Below are positions 12,680 to 26,004 of a DNA stretch of 64,000 nt, piece by piece. Within the stretch, counting starts at the first letter, position 1. Each line of letters begins with the position of its first letter. Under the pieces are notes generated by a model. It was given only the letters and a program-made list of their open reading frames with translations. It was not told the origin of the DNA and did no database searches. Origin of the DNA: Octopus bimaculoides (Eukaryota). The stretch covers positions 11,029,125 to 11,093,124 of the forward strand of contig NC_068985.1 in the NCBI RefSeq assembly GCF_001194135.2, read 5' to 3'. The position numbers were made by a program, and so were the translations under genes.

Positions 12680-14010
12680 NNNNNNNNNNNNNNNNNNNNN
12701 NNNNNNNNNNNNNNNNNNNNNNNNNNNNNNNNNNNNNNNNNNNNNNNNNNNNNNNNNNNNNNNNNNNNNNNNNNNNNNNNNNNNNNNNNNNNNNNNNNNN
12801 NNNNNNNNNNNNNNNNNNNNNNNNNNNNNNNNNNNNNNNNNNNNNNNNNNNNNNNNNNNNNNNNNNNNNNNNNNNNNNNNNNNNNNNNNNNATATATATA
12901 TATATATATACCAGTTTCAGAAGTTATTTATAAGAGGTTGCAATTAGGAATATTCTTCGTGCTGCGGATATATATTCTCTCCTGTCTTAGGAAGTATTTG
13001 ACATACAACAAGAGTACTTAATTAAATGTGAACCATTTTCGCAAATGTCAGAAAAGCAGACTTAAAAATATGAAATATTAAATGTAAACTCTGATATTTC
13101 TGAATACTAATATACCTTCATTATAATATACTTTGACTTGGGTCTTCTGCTTTTTATCATACGCTAGATTCCTTATAATTTATTGCGTTGTAGGCGCTCG
13201 ACCTTAAGTCTCGTACTACTATGTGTTAATTTTAAATACATTGATATCAAACGTATTAGATTTAGTCTTGGGTAACGACAAAAACGAGGTGGACTTTTAT
13301 ATGTTTGCTGCAAATCTCGTATACGACTACAAATGCTTTCAGTCAGTGAATTTTATAGGTATTTTCAATTTCAAGATACTTTAATGTTCTTGGAAATGTC
13401 ACGTGATAGGGGGTTACATGATGAATTTATTTAAATTAAGGAATTAACAAATGAATAAAGTAGAATTATTCTTAGTATTTAGTGGCAGCCAACTGAAGGC
13501 GGTTTTAGATGTCGAGCATAAATAAAGATATATAGCACCCTTGTAAACGATGTTTGAGAGTTTACCACATATACGTAAGATGAGGTCATGAAGTAGGTGG
13601 CGCACTTTAGCTGGAATATGTTTTGCATGCGATATTGACTTCCTCAAATATAATCCCAGATAGTAATAGTTTTAGAAAAACCTTGTTCTTCAAAATGTTG
13701 TATTGACAAAGGGACCCAATGGTTTTATACAGTATAAAATTTTATATAGTATATAGTTTACATCCATGGATCGATGTAAGCTGAATGGTTTCAATAAACG
13801 GCGTCACATTGATTATCCTCATTTCAACCGAAGCGAAAGAAGAGAACGTGCAGAACTTAGAAATACGTATGAAACGTACAGATAAGGCGTAAAAGTTTAA
13901 TGAATGAACATAAGATTGCACGTATAGAAGTTCCCCTCCGTGGTGAAAATCCGAGCAATGGTCTTTATGACAAAATAGCAGTCATCCATGCATACAATGC
14001 TGAAGCTTCC

Positions 14011-14057
<47 letters not shown>

Positions 14058-14083
14058 TGTATGTATGTATGTATATATACATA

Positions 14084-14130
<47 letters not shown>

Positions 14131-14395
14131 NNNNNNNNNNNNNNNNNNNNNNNNNNNNNNNNNNNNNNNNNNNNNNNNNNNNNNNNNNNNNNNNNNNNNN
14201 NNNNNNNNNNNNNNNNNNNNNNNNNNNNNNNNNNNNNNNNNNNNNNNNNNNNNNNNNNNNNNNNNNNNNNNNNNNNNNNNNNNNNNNNNNNNNNNNNNNN
14301 NNNNNNNNNNNNNNNNNNNNNNNNNNNNNNNNNNNNNNNNNNNNNNNNNNNNNNNNNNNNNNNNNNNNNNNNNNNNNNNNNNNNNNNNNNNNNNN

Positions 14396-14510
14396 GTAAG
14401 CCTAGTACTTATTCTATCGGACGCTTTTGCCGAACCGCTAAGTTACGCGGACGTAAACACACCAGCATCGGTTGTCAAGCGATGTTGGTGGGACGAACAC
14501 AGACACACAA

Positions 14511-14553
<43 letters not shown>

Positions 14554-14724
14554 TATATGCAACGGGCTTCTTTCAGTTTCCGTCTACCAAATCCACTCAC
14601 AAGGCTTTGGTCGGCCCGACGCCATAGTAGAAAACACTTGCCCAAGGTGCCACGCAGTGGGACTGAACCCAGAACCATGTGGCTGGTAAGCAAGCTACTT
14701 ACCACACAGCCACTCCTGCGTCTA
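14396..14724 (-). mobile_element. SINE family A copy (tail truncated by gap)
   Basis: Reverse complement of the family-A head and body with an internal (CA)n. Confidence 0.92.
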
Positions 14725-15352
14725 TACTATTTATGAGGCTAAAACAAGTGGACAGTGACTTGACAATCATAAATTTCCAACTAGCTAATCCATATTTGAA
14801 TCTCAAGTTTATCCCTTTTCACTGAGTATGCAGATGCCATGTATGAAACGAATTATCGTGCTTAGATTTTAGAAGTACGTACGTTTGTGTCCTGCATGGC
14901 TTCATAAAGAGACTATCGACTTTTTTTAGTGGTGCCTGAAGTTTACACTATGTTAATGCGTTGGATTGACGCGTGCATTTACGATGTGGTTTATTATTCA
15001 AACATTTAAGGAAGAATGGCACGTTTTGGAACAGTGTCAATCAGTAATACACCAATCGGTTATGCTCAATAACAATAATCATATGTGTTTATACAACTAA
15101 ATATTGCATTGCATATAAAGGAACAAAACACTTTCCAATGAAATATCTTGAGCTTCAGACTCAGTGATATCAATATCAAAGGATAGCTTTTCTTTATTGA
15201 AGGAGGGCGTATGATGTTGAAAGACACGAAACACTCGATGATACCAAGCACATCACGGAAGATGCATCCAGATGCATCAGTCATTGATGTATGCACACAA
15301 TGAAATGTGATTAGTTAATGGAGATGATTTAATATATCCAAAACTCCAGAAG

Positions 15353-15495
15353 AATGTACCTTATTTACATTATTTATATTTGACGGATATGTTCATCTTG
15401 TTTGTTGCTAATACATCGTTTCGACTGATATACCCTCCAGACAGGTGTCTTGGGGAAATTTCGAACCTGGGTTCTCATTCCCAAGATATTTTCGA

Positions 15496-15528
<33 letters not shown>

Positions 15529-15610
15529 CATTATTATTCAGGTCACTGCCTGGAATCGAATTCGGAATCTTGGGGTTAGTAGCCCGCGCTCTTAACCACT
15601 ACGCCATATG
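15353..15610 (-). mobile_element. SINE family D copy (hammerhead core partly deleted)
   Basis: Head TGGCGTAGTGGTTAAGAGCGCGGGCTACTAACCCCAAGATTCCGAATTCGATTCC, (AAT)n, then tail; lacks ATGAAGG of the CTGATGA core. Confidence 0.9.
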
Positions 15611-15673
15611 CCCGAGGTGGTTAAGAGCGTGGGCTACTAACCTCAAGATTCCGAGTTCGATTTCAGGCAGTGA

Positions 15674-15760
<87 letters not shown>

Positions 15761-15940
15761 CAACAACAACAACACCATTGAAAAATACCTTAGGAATTTT
15801 AACCCAGGTTCGAAATTTCTCCAAGACCCCCTGATGAAGGCTGGAGGGTATATCAGCCGAAACATTGTGCTAACAACAAACAAGATGAGGTCAAATGTAA
15901 ATAATGTACATAATTCCTCATCTCTTAAATATAGAACTGT
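15611..15940 (+). mobile_element. SINE family D copy, head-to-head with the previous copy
   Basis: GTGGTTAAGAGCG...GAGTTCGATTTC, long (AAT)n, tail with CTGATGAAGGCTGG..CAGCCGAAACATT (ACGT decayed to ACAT). Confidence 0.9.
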
Positions 15941-16575
15941 ATTAAGAAGAATGTGTTCAGTGTAATAATTTTCTGAATTACATAATGTCTGCTACTTATC
16001 CAAATAACCGTATAATTAAAAATGTTGAATAACTGGTAATCCTATTATATACTTAGAAATTTCTTTCTTATAACTTACAAATTTATGATCAGCGCCTTTT
16101 TAACACCGAAAGTAACAAATTATTGGAAGGCGTTTTCTCAAGTGTTCTTTTGCTCACACTTATATTTAACTAACACCTCAACATTATTGCAGTCATTGTA
16201 ATATAGATGTTATTGACTGAGTAGAAATAGGGAAAATAAGTTGTATATTTGTTCTCGGCTGATAATATGAATAATAAATTATTATACAGTGGAATAACTC
16301 GCTTTCACCTCCGCTCGTTCACCACGTGGCTTGAGGAAATTACAGAATAACTATATAATAATACTGAAGACACGTTCATTAAAATATTTAAATTTTGATC
16401 ACGATGTTTCTTTGTAAAATATCTAAAAATGAATATTAAATTTCCGAATAGATTCCCCATAGCTCAGTTTTAATTTCACTTACAAAAGATAACTGATTCT
16501 TGTGTCACGTATTACTTGCGCTTACCAGATTATACACGTAAGGTTTTATATAAGATGTTGGAATTTAAAATAATA

Positions 16576-17558
16576 AACAAGAGCACTCAGAGAGCACGAA
16601 CCTCCGCCAAAGCAACACCAACGTTCTCCCAACGATTTGCCAGAGCTGCTTTTTAAAATGAGAATATCTGGATAACTTCCAAAAGTCTTTGGCCTGGCAG
16701 TGTTACCGAGGAGCCCTACCCGTTCGGGATAAACTTACGAGACACGGCCACCCTGGACCGACAGTCTGTCCAAGATGCGGGCAGGACGTGGAAACGGTCC
16801 TGCATGCTATTGTTCAGTGTTCGGGTGTTTCAGAAGTGTGGGTTTATGCGGAACATTTGTTGTCAGATGGGAGAAGAGTACAGCTATCGGTTGAGTCAAT
16901 TGTAAAAATTAACCCGCCGGATTTCCTGACGGAAGAAGGTAAGAATTGCTTTCTCGTAGTAGTAGCAATTGCGAGAGAGTTGATATGGAAGTCGAGAATG
17001 AAAGGTATCGTGACAAACACCTGCGTCTCCGGCCTCGCCCTCGTGAAAATGTTCACTTTTCACTTGGAAAGGTAAGTGGGGCTGGAAAGGAGGTGTTTGT
17101 AAGAGAGTGAGTTTAAAAATCGATGGATGCTTGTAGCACGCACGTTGGGAGTGAAAGGCCCTGCGTGAATACGATTGAGTGACTACCAGTAAGTCGGTGT
17201 TAAAGACAGGGCTCGTGGGGTCGGAGCATACCTGGTTTTAACACCTCATCTTGTAATTTATTATTTGCAATTTCATTGTTTGTAATTTACTGTTTGTAAT
17301 TTATTGTTTGTAATTTACTGTTTGTAAGTTATTGTGTTGTAATTCATTCGATTTCATTATACACGTAAAATTTTATTATATCATCCGCATCCGTTTAAAT
17401 GTGATCCCGATCATGTTGTATTATTCCCTCTATGTTGACCTGCATGTGTAAGAAAACAAACATCCAACGGTTCTTTAGATATCTTGTCCACGAACAAACA
17501 AACAAACAAAGAAACACGGCTGAAAACAATATTTCGACCTTCGCTAAGGCGGAGGTAA
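16576..17558 (+). mobile_element. Helentron-associated (HINE/DINE-1-like) non-autonomous element, interrupted by a LINE fragment
   Basis: 5' subterminal ACCTCCGCC (16600-16608) is the reverse complement of GGCGGAGGT (17548-17556), which lies in a short 3' stem-loop; (CAAA)n near the 3' end. Confidence 0.55.
16689..17350 (+). mobile_element. 5'-truncated Tx1/L1-clade LINE (ORF2 C-terminal zinc knuckle plus 3' UTR)
   Basis: GALPVRDKL..CPRCGQDVETVLHAIVQC..VW..; AIARELIWKSR; 3' tail of TTGTAATTTA(C/T)TGT repeats. Confidence 0.85.
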
Positions 17559-19374
17559 CAACTATTACATCTAAAAACATAAATTAAAATTTAGTAACAT
17601 TGCTAACGGAAATCATAAGGAAAATAAAGCTACAATGAAGACCATATAATTAATTGAGGTATACCTACATAAAATTAATAACCATTCATATTCAGGCAAA
17701 CGTAAAAATCTCTTAAATATTAAGTGATTAAAAATTAATTGCTGATTTAAAGTGAGTTGTGAATGTAATATTTGTTAATTATGGAATGAAGTTTCAGATT
17801 CGTTAGTCGCCATTTGCGTGGTAAAGCCTTAAACTCGTTTATTATATCTTATAACGGTTTTGAGAGGATAGAGATGTTTCTGTGAACAATGTTCAAGTGT
17901 TTACAATATTTGTACGCAGCTCAATTTTTTATGTAGAAGATAAGTAAACCCAAATCTTTTATTTACCAGAATTGTGGCAGCTGTAAGGACATTACAATTT
18001 AAAAAATACGAAAATGATCAAAGGTTTCTTCTGAAAATTGAGTATAGCAAAAACAAAATCAGGCCTGGAAAACAAATACTTTAAAAATTTTCTAGAGATC
18101 AATCACAGGAACAATGAAATGCGATCATTTAATTGTTTTCAATATAGAAATATCCATCAAATTGGGAAAAGAATCGAATCGTTTATAGATAAATACACGA
18201 TCATTAAAAAATTTTTTAACATAAATTCATTGTTTGACGATGTGTAAATTTCCCTGGTGTTGTTATAACTTTCTTATTTAAATGCTTTTAGAAAATTGCT
18301 TCAGAACATTGACATACTGATTAAATGATTACATATGTATATAATACGGCGGGTAAACGGTTGCCATCAAAATATATGAAGAAGTACTTTGGTGAAAATA
18401 ATTTGTGTGCTCACTGTAGTAGTAAAATCGACTGATGATTAATGACTAAATGAATATATGATACTACAGTGCCACATACATTACATTTTATTTTTTTAAG
18501 GTTTTTCTTGGCGAACACTTTAACGCATAATTCTCGACATGTCAAAAAAACTAACAACTAACATAAAATCCACTTATGTATTCGGAGAGAACAGGATATA
18601 TTTATGAGTAAATACTTTCTTCAAAGTATCTTATTTGAATATATATCTCTCTTAAGAAAGCAAAGAAAATCAATCGAATCTTTTAAACATTGTTGTATGG
18701 CTACAAATAATTTTGAGATTCTGTAATATCACGTTAAAATATTTGAGTACATCTTATTTTAAGAATATGTTGACACCTATATGAACATCGATGTAAGAAA
18801 TTCTATAAATAATAAAAAAAATTAAAATAGAAAAATAAATAAATAAAAATGGAAGAGAAAAAGAAGACAAGATATTCTGTTACTTTTAGATATCGCAATG
18901 TAAGTATTTAGCTAGAGAAATACAGGATTGTATTTGAGAAAACTTTGTGCCAAACGCTCGTACTTCTATATTAGCAATTTTTATATAGGATTTAATGTGA
19001 AATGTTGCTGTAGTTCCTTATCAGCTGGTATTTCGTATATTACAGTATATTTCGCATATTTCGTATATTACGAGCTATAATTCAAAAGTATTGACTCTTA
19101 TTTTAATTTTTTTTTAATGTTTGAAGAAATTATATTACAATGTGAGAGGCAACATTTCGAACGACATTGGAGTGCAGGGCGACAATAAAACGTAATACCT
19201 AATCACCTATGTTACGTGGGCACAGGTATGTATTCATAGTTTCACTGGAGAGATATCTTCCAAAACGAGATGTATAAGTTCAATTATTGCCTACATTTAT
19301 AAGCATTTCGTGAAAACAAGAGAGATTAAACAACTGATATATTGCGTCTTTTAAATGTACTTTCTCTTCAATAT

Positions 19375-19560
19375 GATGGCGCTAACTGGCAGAATCGTTA
19401 AAGTACCATAAAAGATATTTCTGCTATTGCATCCTGAACTGTACCTTATTTTTTCAAATCCAGTCGAGGATAAATAAAATGAAATACAAGTCTAGTAGGC
19501 GGACGATTATATCGTCTGATCTCCCTGATTCTCACGTATGCTGGTCTTGTAACTAATCAG
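19375..19560 (+). mobile_element. Degenerate SINE family B copy
   Basis: GGCGCTAACTGGCAGAATCGTTAAAG head and GTCGAGGATAAATAAAATGAAATAC remnant. Confidence 0.5.
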
Positions 19561-19569
19561 AAACTAATA

Positions 19570-20530
19570 TCCCGGCATTCATTCTGTTTAAGATGGAGAG
19601 TGTTTTCCGTAGTATATTTGCATTTGTCGCTGTCGGTAGTGTTGTCTACTTTGAACTTCTCATAACTGGTCCTTCACGTTTGTTCTTGGGCCGCGCATAT
19701 GAATGATTCTGTCTCTGTCTTCAGGTCACTCCTCTTCATCCATAGCCACCGGTCCTCTGTAACTGTCTTGGCGTTCACATCTCTTGCAAACTCATCGTAC
19801 ATTTTTCCTTCCATGCTTTTTACTTTCTTTTGTGTTCATTTCTTCTTTACATTTTCCTTTCATTACGCAATTTTCAATTTTGATGATGTCGGCCTTCTTC
19901 ATATGTTTTAACGATGGCTCCAGGGCATTTTTCAGATACCATCCTAAGCTGTTTTCCTCTGCTTCTATACAGTCCTGGTAACTGACCAAACCTGTCCCAC
20001 CCTTTCTTCTGGAGACGTACAGCCTATCGGTGTCACCAAGGTATTTGTAGCCTTTCGTTTCCATTTGTTTAATTTTTGTTTCTTTTTTTGGTAGGTTATT
20101 CTGCACTTCTGGAGTCCAAATCCCATTCTAATATCAGCACTAAAACAATGGCCTGTGTTCACCAAGTTACTCACTTGTGTCTCATCCATGAAGAGGAGGT
20201 GGTTGATTGTTTGGGATTTTCCCTTTAGTTCGTATCCCAGGTTTATTTTCCTAATTAGCAAGTCAGGGGTATTTATGCAGGCAACAAACATCAACGGAGA
20301 TAAGCTATCACCCTGGAAAACCCCACTTCTGATGCCCAGAGTGCCCAAGCTTTTATCGTAAGATGTCAGTTCAGTTTTCTGCCCCACCATATTTCTCTTC
20401 AGTAAACACGTTACAGTCCTCGCAATTCTAAACAGATCTAAGCACTCGATGATCCACGAATGCGAAATCCTATCATAAGCTTTACGGTAACCAATCCAGG
20501 CAGTTCCCAAATTTGTTCTCTGTTTGTAAT
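19570..20530 (-). pseudogene. R4/Dong-clade non-LTR element: RT to pre-CCHC region
   Basis: AWIGYRKAYDRISHSWI, GVFQGDSLSPL, INHLLFMD, YKYLG, RLYVSRRKGGTGL, WLWMKRSDLKTETESFICAAQEQ; many indels. Confidence 0.9.
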
Positions 20531-20790
20531 CTTGCATTACCATCTCAAGCTAACCTGTCATATCTCTCGACTTTTCTTTCTTCGTTATCACATACCTTGT
20601 TGTCAACTGGGCATGCTATATCTCAGATCCAGCATAATTTCTTTCTTTGCCAATTAACACTGTCTGACTTCCAATTTGCTATCTCATGGTCGCACTGAAT
20701 CATAAAATCCCACAGGATCTTTGCTTTACCATTTTCGATGATACCTTCGGGTTTGTGGTCATACCAATTTTTTCTCTGTCAAGACCATAC
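20530..20790 (-). pseudogene. R4/Dong-clade restriction-like endonuclease (RLE) fragment abutting (AAT)n
   Basis: WYDHKPEGIIENGKAKILWDFMIQCDHEI...DIACPVDN..E.RKVERYDRL. Confidence 0.85.
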
Positions 20791-20850
<60 letters not shown>

Positions 20851-20895
20851 TTGTTGTTGTTGTTATTATTATTATCATTATTGTTATTATTATCA
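20790..20895. repeat. (AAT/AAC)n microsatellite
   Basis: Direct reading. Confidence 0.98.
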
Positions 20896-21712
20896 TTAAA
20901 CATTGTTTCGAAAACTCTAAATCACATTGCTTGTCGATCTAGAATCATATTACTAAAAGATTACGTTTTAAACAATTTTCTCATTGATTAGAGTGAAGCA
21001 AAACGATAAGCAATTTACACGGTAGGCTGATATTTCAAGTTGATCAAAGAAACCAAACTTATTCTAATTAATTTCGAAACCAAACTTTGGTTATTGATTT
21101 TGTATAATAGATTCGTCAAAATGTGAAATATATAACATATAGTAAAAATCAGAGAAGATTAAGAAAGCATTTTTTAAAAAGTATTCTCCTATTGTCAATA
21201 GACGTAGATTTTGTGAGATAGAAAACTAATGTGCATCATTCAATTACAAAGCACCATTGAATTTTGATTAGAAAATTGAAATAAGAGGCGATTTATAAGG
21301 TATCAGTAATATCATATATGTGTAAGGTTCTAAATAATGAGGAATATTGAGTAATTATGATAACTATATTATATCGAAGAAGTCCTGTATACGTAATAGA
21401 AAGTATAGTTGCAGAGATGACATACTATTGATAGCAGTAGTTTTTAATTTGCGTTATACATCTATTCAAATTGAAAATCTGTTTTCACTTACAAAACACA
21501 TATACATTCATATATTAATGTAATTTTTGTATATAGTCGTACCAGACAAAATCGCTCTAACATTAACTGAAAGAGCACTCAATTGATACTATCAGTACAT
21601 TATAAGATTTATTTTTAAAAAGAAAAAAATTCTTAGTAACTTTCACGTTTATAGAAAAATAAACAGGTGTGTTAATGTATATATACTTATTTATGGATGT
21701 ATACATAGGTTC

Positions 21713-21739
<27 letters not shown>

Positions 21740-21747
<8 letters not shown>

Positions 21748-22200
21748 GTAAAGGAAAAGACGAAAACAGATGTATGAACAACAAGCTTGTGTATTATTTT
21801 GATGCTCGGGAAAGTGAGAAAGTTTTCTTTTATGTTTCCAGCCTACGCTCTACAACGGAAAGGAATAAGAGAAAATAAACAGAGAGAAAGAATTGTGGAT
21901 TTAGTGGTCAGGCTTAGCGACTGGTTGGAGAAATAAAAGGTTTGACAGGAGAGGTAGAAAGAAGGAGAGATAATAAGGTATTGGTGCCTATGGGTGTATG
22001 TCACAATGAGTAAGTGTGTGTGTGGATATGGGCTAGTGCCTGACGTGTGTGGATGTGTGTGTGTGTTTATAATGTGTAGGTGTGTGAATAGTGTGCGGAT
22101 GATGGAGTGTGGAGTGGTGTGGTGTGTGGTGGTGGTGGTATCATGTGGGAGTGTATATATATGTAAATTTCGAAGGGAAGGAAAAATAAAAACATTTACC
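21740..22200 (-). mobile_element. Unclassified interspersed repeat with degenerate CA-rich interior, next to (TA)n
   Basis: Distinct composition (GTGG/GTGT-rich block) and TA-tract border; classification not possible by eye. Confidence 0.35.
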
Positions 22201-22442
22201 ATCTATCTCCTGGACTATGGTTTCTCATTCTATATAAGCAAATAAAATAATTTGTGAGGGGAGTCTTCATCAACAGGTATGCCAAGATTAAACAAATAAA
22301 AACGAGGCAATCCAGCATGTGCTCCTTGCTTATATATTATAATTTTTCAAATCCATCACGCATGCGCAATTTTTGTCGGCAGCAAATAAAATAATGGCAG
22401 CAAATAAAATAACTTCGAAATTTTGCCAAAAATTATCAACAA

Positions 22443-22603
22443 TTAATAATATCAGGGTAAGAAAAAGAGATGGATATCTCTTATGTGTTTTGATGTACAC
22501 TGTATTTATATGAATAATATATAGTCTATGGACTAATTTTTCTACACGCTAGGCCACTGGTAGTAAAAATTTCTAAAATTTTTTCTTACCCTGATATTAT
22601 TAA
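22443..22603. repeat. Small element bounded by a perfect 24-bp inverted repeat
   Basis: TTAATAATATCAGGGTAAGAAAAA (22443-22466) vs TTTTTCTTACCCTGATATTATTAA (22580-22603). Confidence 0.8.
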
Positions 22604-23100
22604 GTATATATATATNNNNNNNNNNNNNNNNNNNNNNNNNNNNNNNNNNNNNNNNNNNNNNNNNNNNNNNNNNNNNNNNNNNNNNNNNNNNNNNNNNNNN
22701 NNNNNNNNNNNNNNNNNNNNNNNNNNNNNNNNNNNNNNNNNNNNNNNNNNNNNNNNNNNNNNNNNNNNNNNNNNNNNNNNNNNNNNNNNNNNNNNNNNNN
22801 NNNNNNNNNNNNNNNNNNNNNNNNNNNNNNNNNNNNNNNNNNNNNNNNNNNNNNNNNNNNNNNNNNNNNNNNNNNNNNNNNNNNNNNNNNNNNNNNNNNN
22901 NNNNNNNNNNNNNNNNNNNNNNNNNNNNNNNNNNNNNNNNNNNNNNNNNNNNNNNNNNNNNNNNNNNNNNNNNNNNNNNNNNNNNNNNNNNNNNNNNNNN
23001 NNNNNNNNNNNNNNNNNNNNNNNNNNNNNNNNNNNNNNNNNNNNNNNNNNNNNNNNNNNNNNNNNNNNNNNNNNNNNNNNNNNNNNNNNNNNNATATATG

Positions 23101-23146
<46 letters not shown>

Positions 23147-23238
23147 TATGTATATATATATATGTATGTATATATATATATGTATGTATATATATATATG
23201 TATGTATATATATATGTATGTATATATATATATGTATG

Positions 23239-23278
<40 letters not shown>

Positions 23279-23668
23279 TGTATCTATATATATGTATATA
23301 TCTATATATATATATATATACACGCACACACGAGCACACAAACACATATCCATATTCCTTGAAGACGGAGGCTCATGGTATCCGATGATGGAATCAAATT
23401 ACAAACATTTTGGGGGACCAACAAGTCCCCAGAACCAGTTGCTGGACTCATATAACGTCCTACTCAACCCCTTTAATTCCTGATACCGTTTCCATTCTGT
23501 CTAAGTCGAGCTTTAATATATTTATACATATGTACATTTTTTTGTTTGAAATGTATCTAAATATTTCTTGTGTATCTTGCTTGTCCTTATATTTACTCAT
23601 CTACCTGCTCAAATTCAAATGTCTTGAGCACTACGAAGTGCAATCTATACAGAAAATACCTCCCTTTA

Positions 23669-23728
<60 letters not shown>

Positions 23729-25039
23729 GTAAATGAACGTATCTAAAATATAATCAATGAAATTCTTACTATTTTTGAGTAAGTCAGTGGTTAACGGGTA
23801 CTTCCACCTTGTATAGTTGGGCATATACTGGTGATGTATGTTACAGCTTCCGGGGGAAAGGATTCGGTGTTGTTAAATCTGGTATGTAGATTGTCAAACA
23901 GACACAGGAGGCTAGCTCGAGAAGAGATGAGCCTTGTATATGTTATAGGATTATGATTGACGTCAAAAACATCCATTACGCTGAATGAAAGGCTGTTGCA
24001 TTGATGTAAAGGAGGTACAGAAAAATTAGTGTACAAACCGGTTTTATTGCTTCGTGCATGTTGTTCAATGAACATTAGTAAACTATTTGAATACTATCTT
24101 TAAAATTATATGCCCAATTATTCGATAGAAAATACTGACAAAGAACTATATGTCGATTCCAGATAGAACGATATGTTGGTTCCAAATAGAACTTATATGT
24201 TGCTTCTAAATAGACCAAATTTAATACTACTCATGTTTGATACAAAATATCAAATATATATGGATTAGTGTATTTGAAAGATGTAATGCTGCATTCAATA
24301 GAAAAAATGTGCTAAAAGAGTAAATAGATTATCAAAAATTGCATCTATAATTCAATGACATTCTTAGAGAAAGTACTCTTCAATACTCCGGTATTTCGAA
24401 TACCATAAACATGTATGGAAGATGGATAATGTACAATGATGTCACTGACCAAAACTAATGTATTAACAAGCAGATAGAGAAGGAATATTAACCCCTATCT
24501 CCGGCATATTTTTGGATAATTTTGAAGAAATGTTTATTTGTGTGACACATATTATTACTCTTTAGTCTTCTTGATATCAACAGACAATCTTTGTATAACA
24601 AATTTGGTTAGAAAATGTAATGTACCAGAAGAACTTGTTAGAAAAGCAGATGTGGAATTAAATAGAGAATAACGTTCCATGAAGTGATTGAAATTAGATC
24701 GAACCCAGCACATACTATTGACCTTCAGATACCACGATATCAATCCAGATGACATTCAGCTTTAATATATATTTGCTCTCAGATTTCACACAGGTGTATG
24801 AGTGTACATTCATCAACCCGAAAATGAGAGACCCAAACATTGGCGGTCAAAAGCAAACGGGAAATACCAAGCATCAGTTGTACGGACATTGGCAAAATGT
24901 TACGTAGTGCATGTTATTTTATTGAAAATATAAAAGGATTAGGAAAGCAACTGCATCTTCCAGCTCTTTATATTCTTTGTTCGAATTCTACATGGACACT
25001 CTAGATGGACGTTGATTTTCAACTACCTATGGTCAATAA

Positions 25040-25262
25040 ATATCGGTTACAAATTTTGGCACATGGTCATCAATTTCGGAAGAATGATAAGTCGATTACA
25101 CGACCTCAGTGGTCACCTCTTACTTACTTACTTACTTTATCGACCGCGAAATGATGAATGGCAAAGTCGAACTCGGCAGAATTTTAACCCAGAATGTAAA
25201 AACGAATGAAATATCGCTAAGCATTTTGTACGACGCACTTAACGATTCTAATCATCGCATGC
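25040..25262 (-). mobile_element. SINE family B copy (degenerate)
   Basis: TATCGACC..GAAA..ATGAATGGCAAAGTCGAACTCGGCAGAATTT and head remnant. Confidence 0.8.
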
Positions 25263-25509
25263 CCAAACAGAAGTGTTGTTTATTACCATCAGAATTTTTA
25301 CCTTAAAGGAACTAACAGAGTCTTTACGAACTCAAGTTGCCGAGATGGGTAGCAACGTCTTACCGTCAGGCAGACTTTAAAAGCTGACACGAATTTTAGA
25401 ATATACAATACAGAAACGGTAGAAGTTCATGCGTATCTGAATGTCTAATTGCGTGGGAACATCATCGAATATATATAATACGCATGTACACGTAAATAAA
25501 CATTTGAAC

Positions 25510-25632
25510 GGTACGCACTTGCACACACGTACACACACAAGCACACAGACACACAGACACAGACACACACTCACACACACACACATATATATATATATAT
25601 GTGTGTGTGTGCGTACATATATGTGTATGTAT

Positions 25633-25668
<36 letters not shown>

Positions 25669-25951
25669 GTATGTATGTATGTATATATGCATGTATGTAT
25701 ATGTATGTATGTATATATGTATGTGTATATATATATGTGTGTATAAATATGTATGTATATACATATATGTATATATATCTATATCTATATATATATATAT
25801 ATGTATATATATATGTATGAATGTATATATATGTACGTATATATATATATATATGTATGTATATATATATGTGTATGTATATATATATGTATATGCATGT
25901 ATGTATATATATATATATATATATATGTATGCATATATACATCTACACACA

Positions 25952-26004
<53 letters not shown>

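Noticed and set aside
15066-15296. Minus-strand ORF resembling adhesion-GPCR TM1-TM2 (another frame looks cadherin-like)
   Set aside because: There is no usable splice acceptor before the in-frame stop, and conflicting look-alikes in different frames indicate chance.
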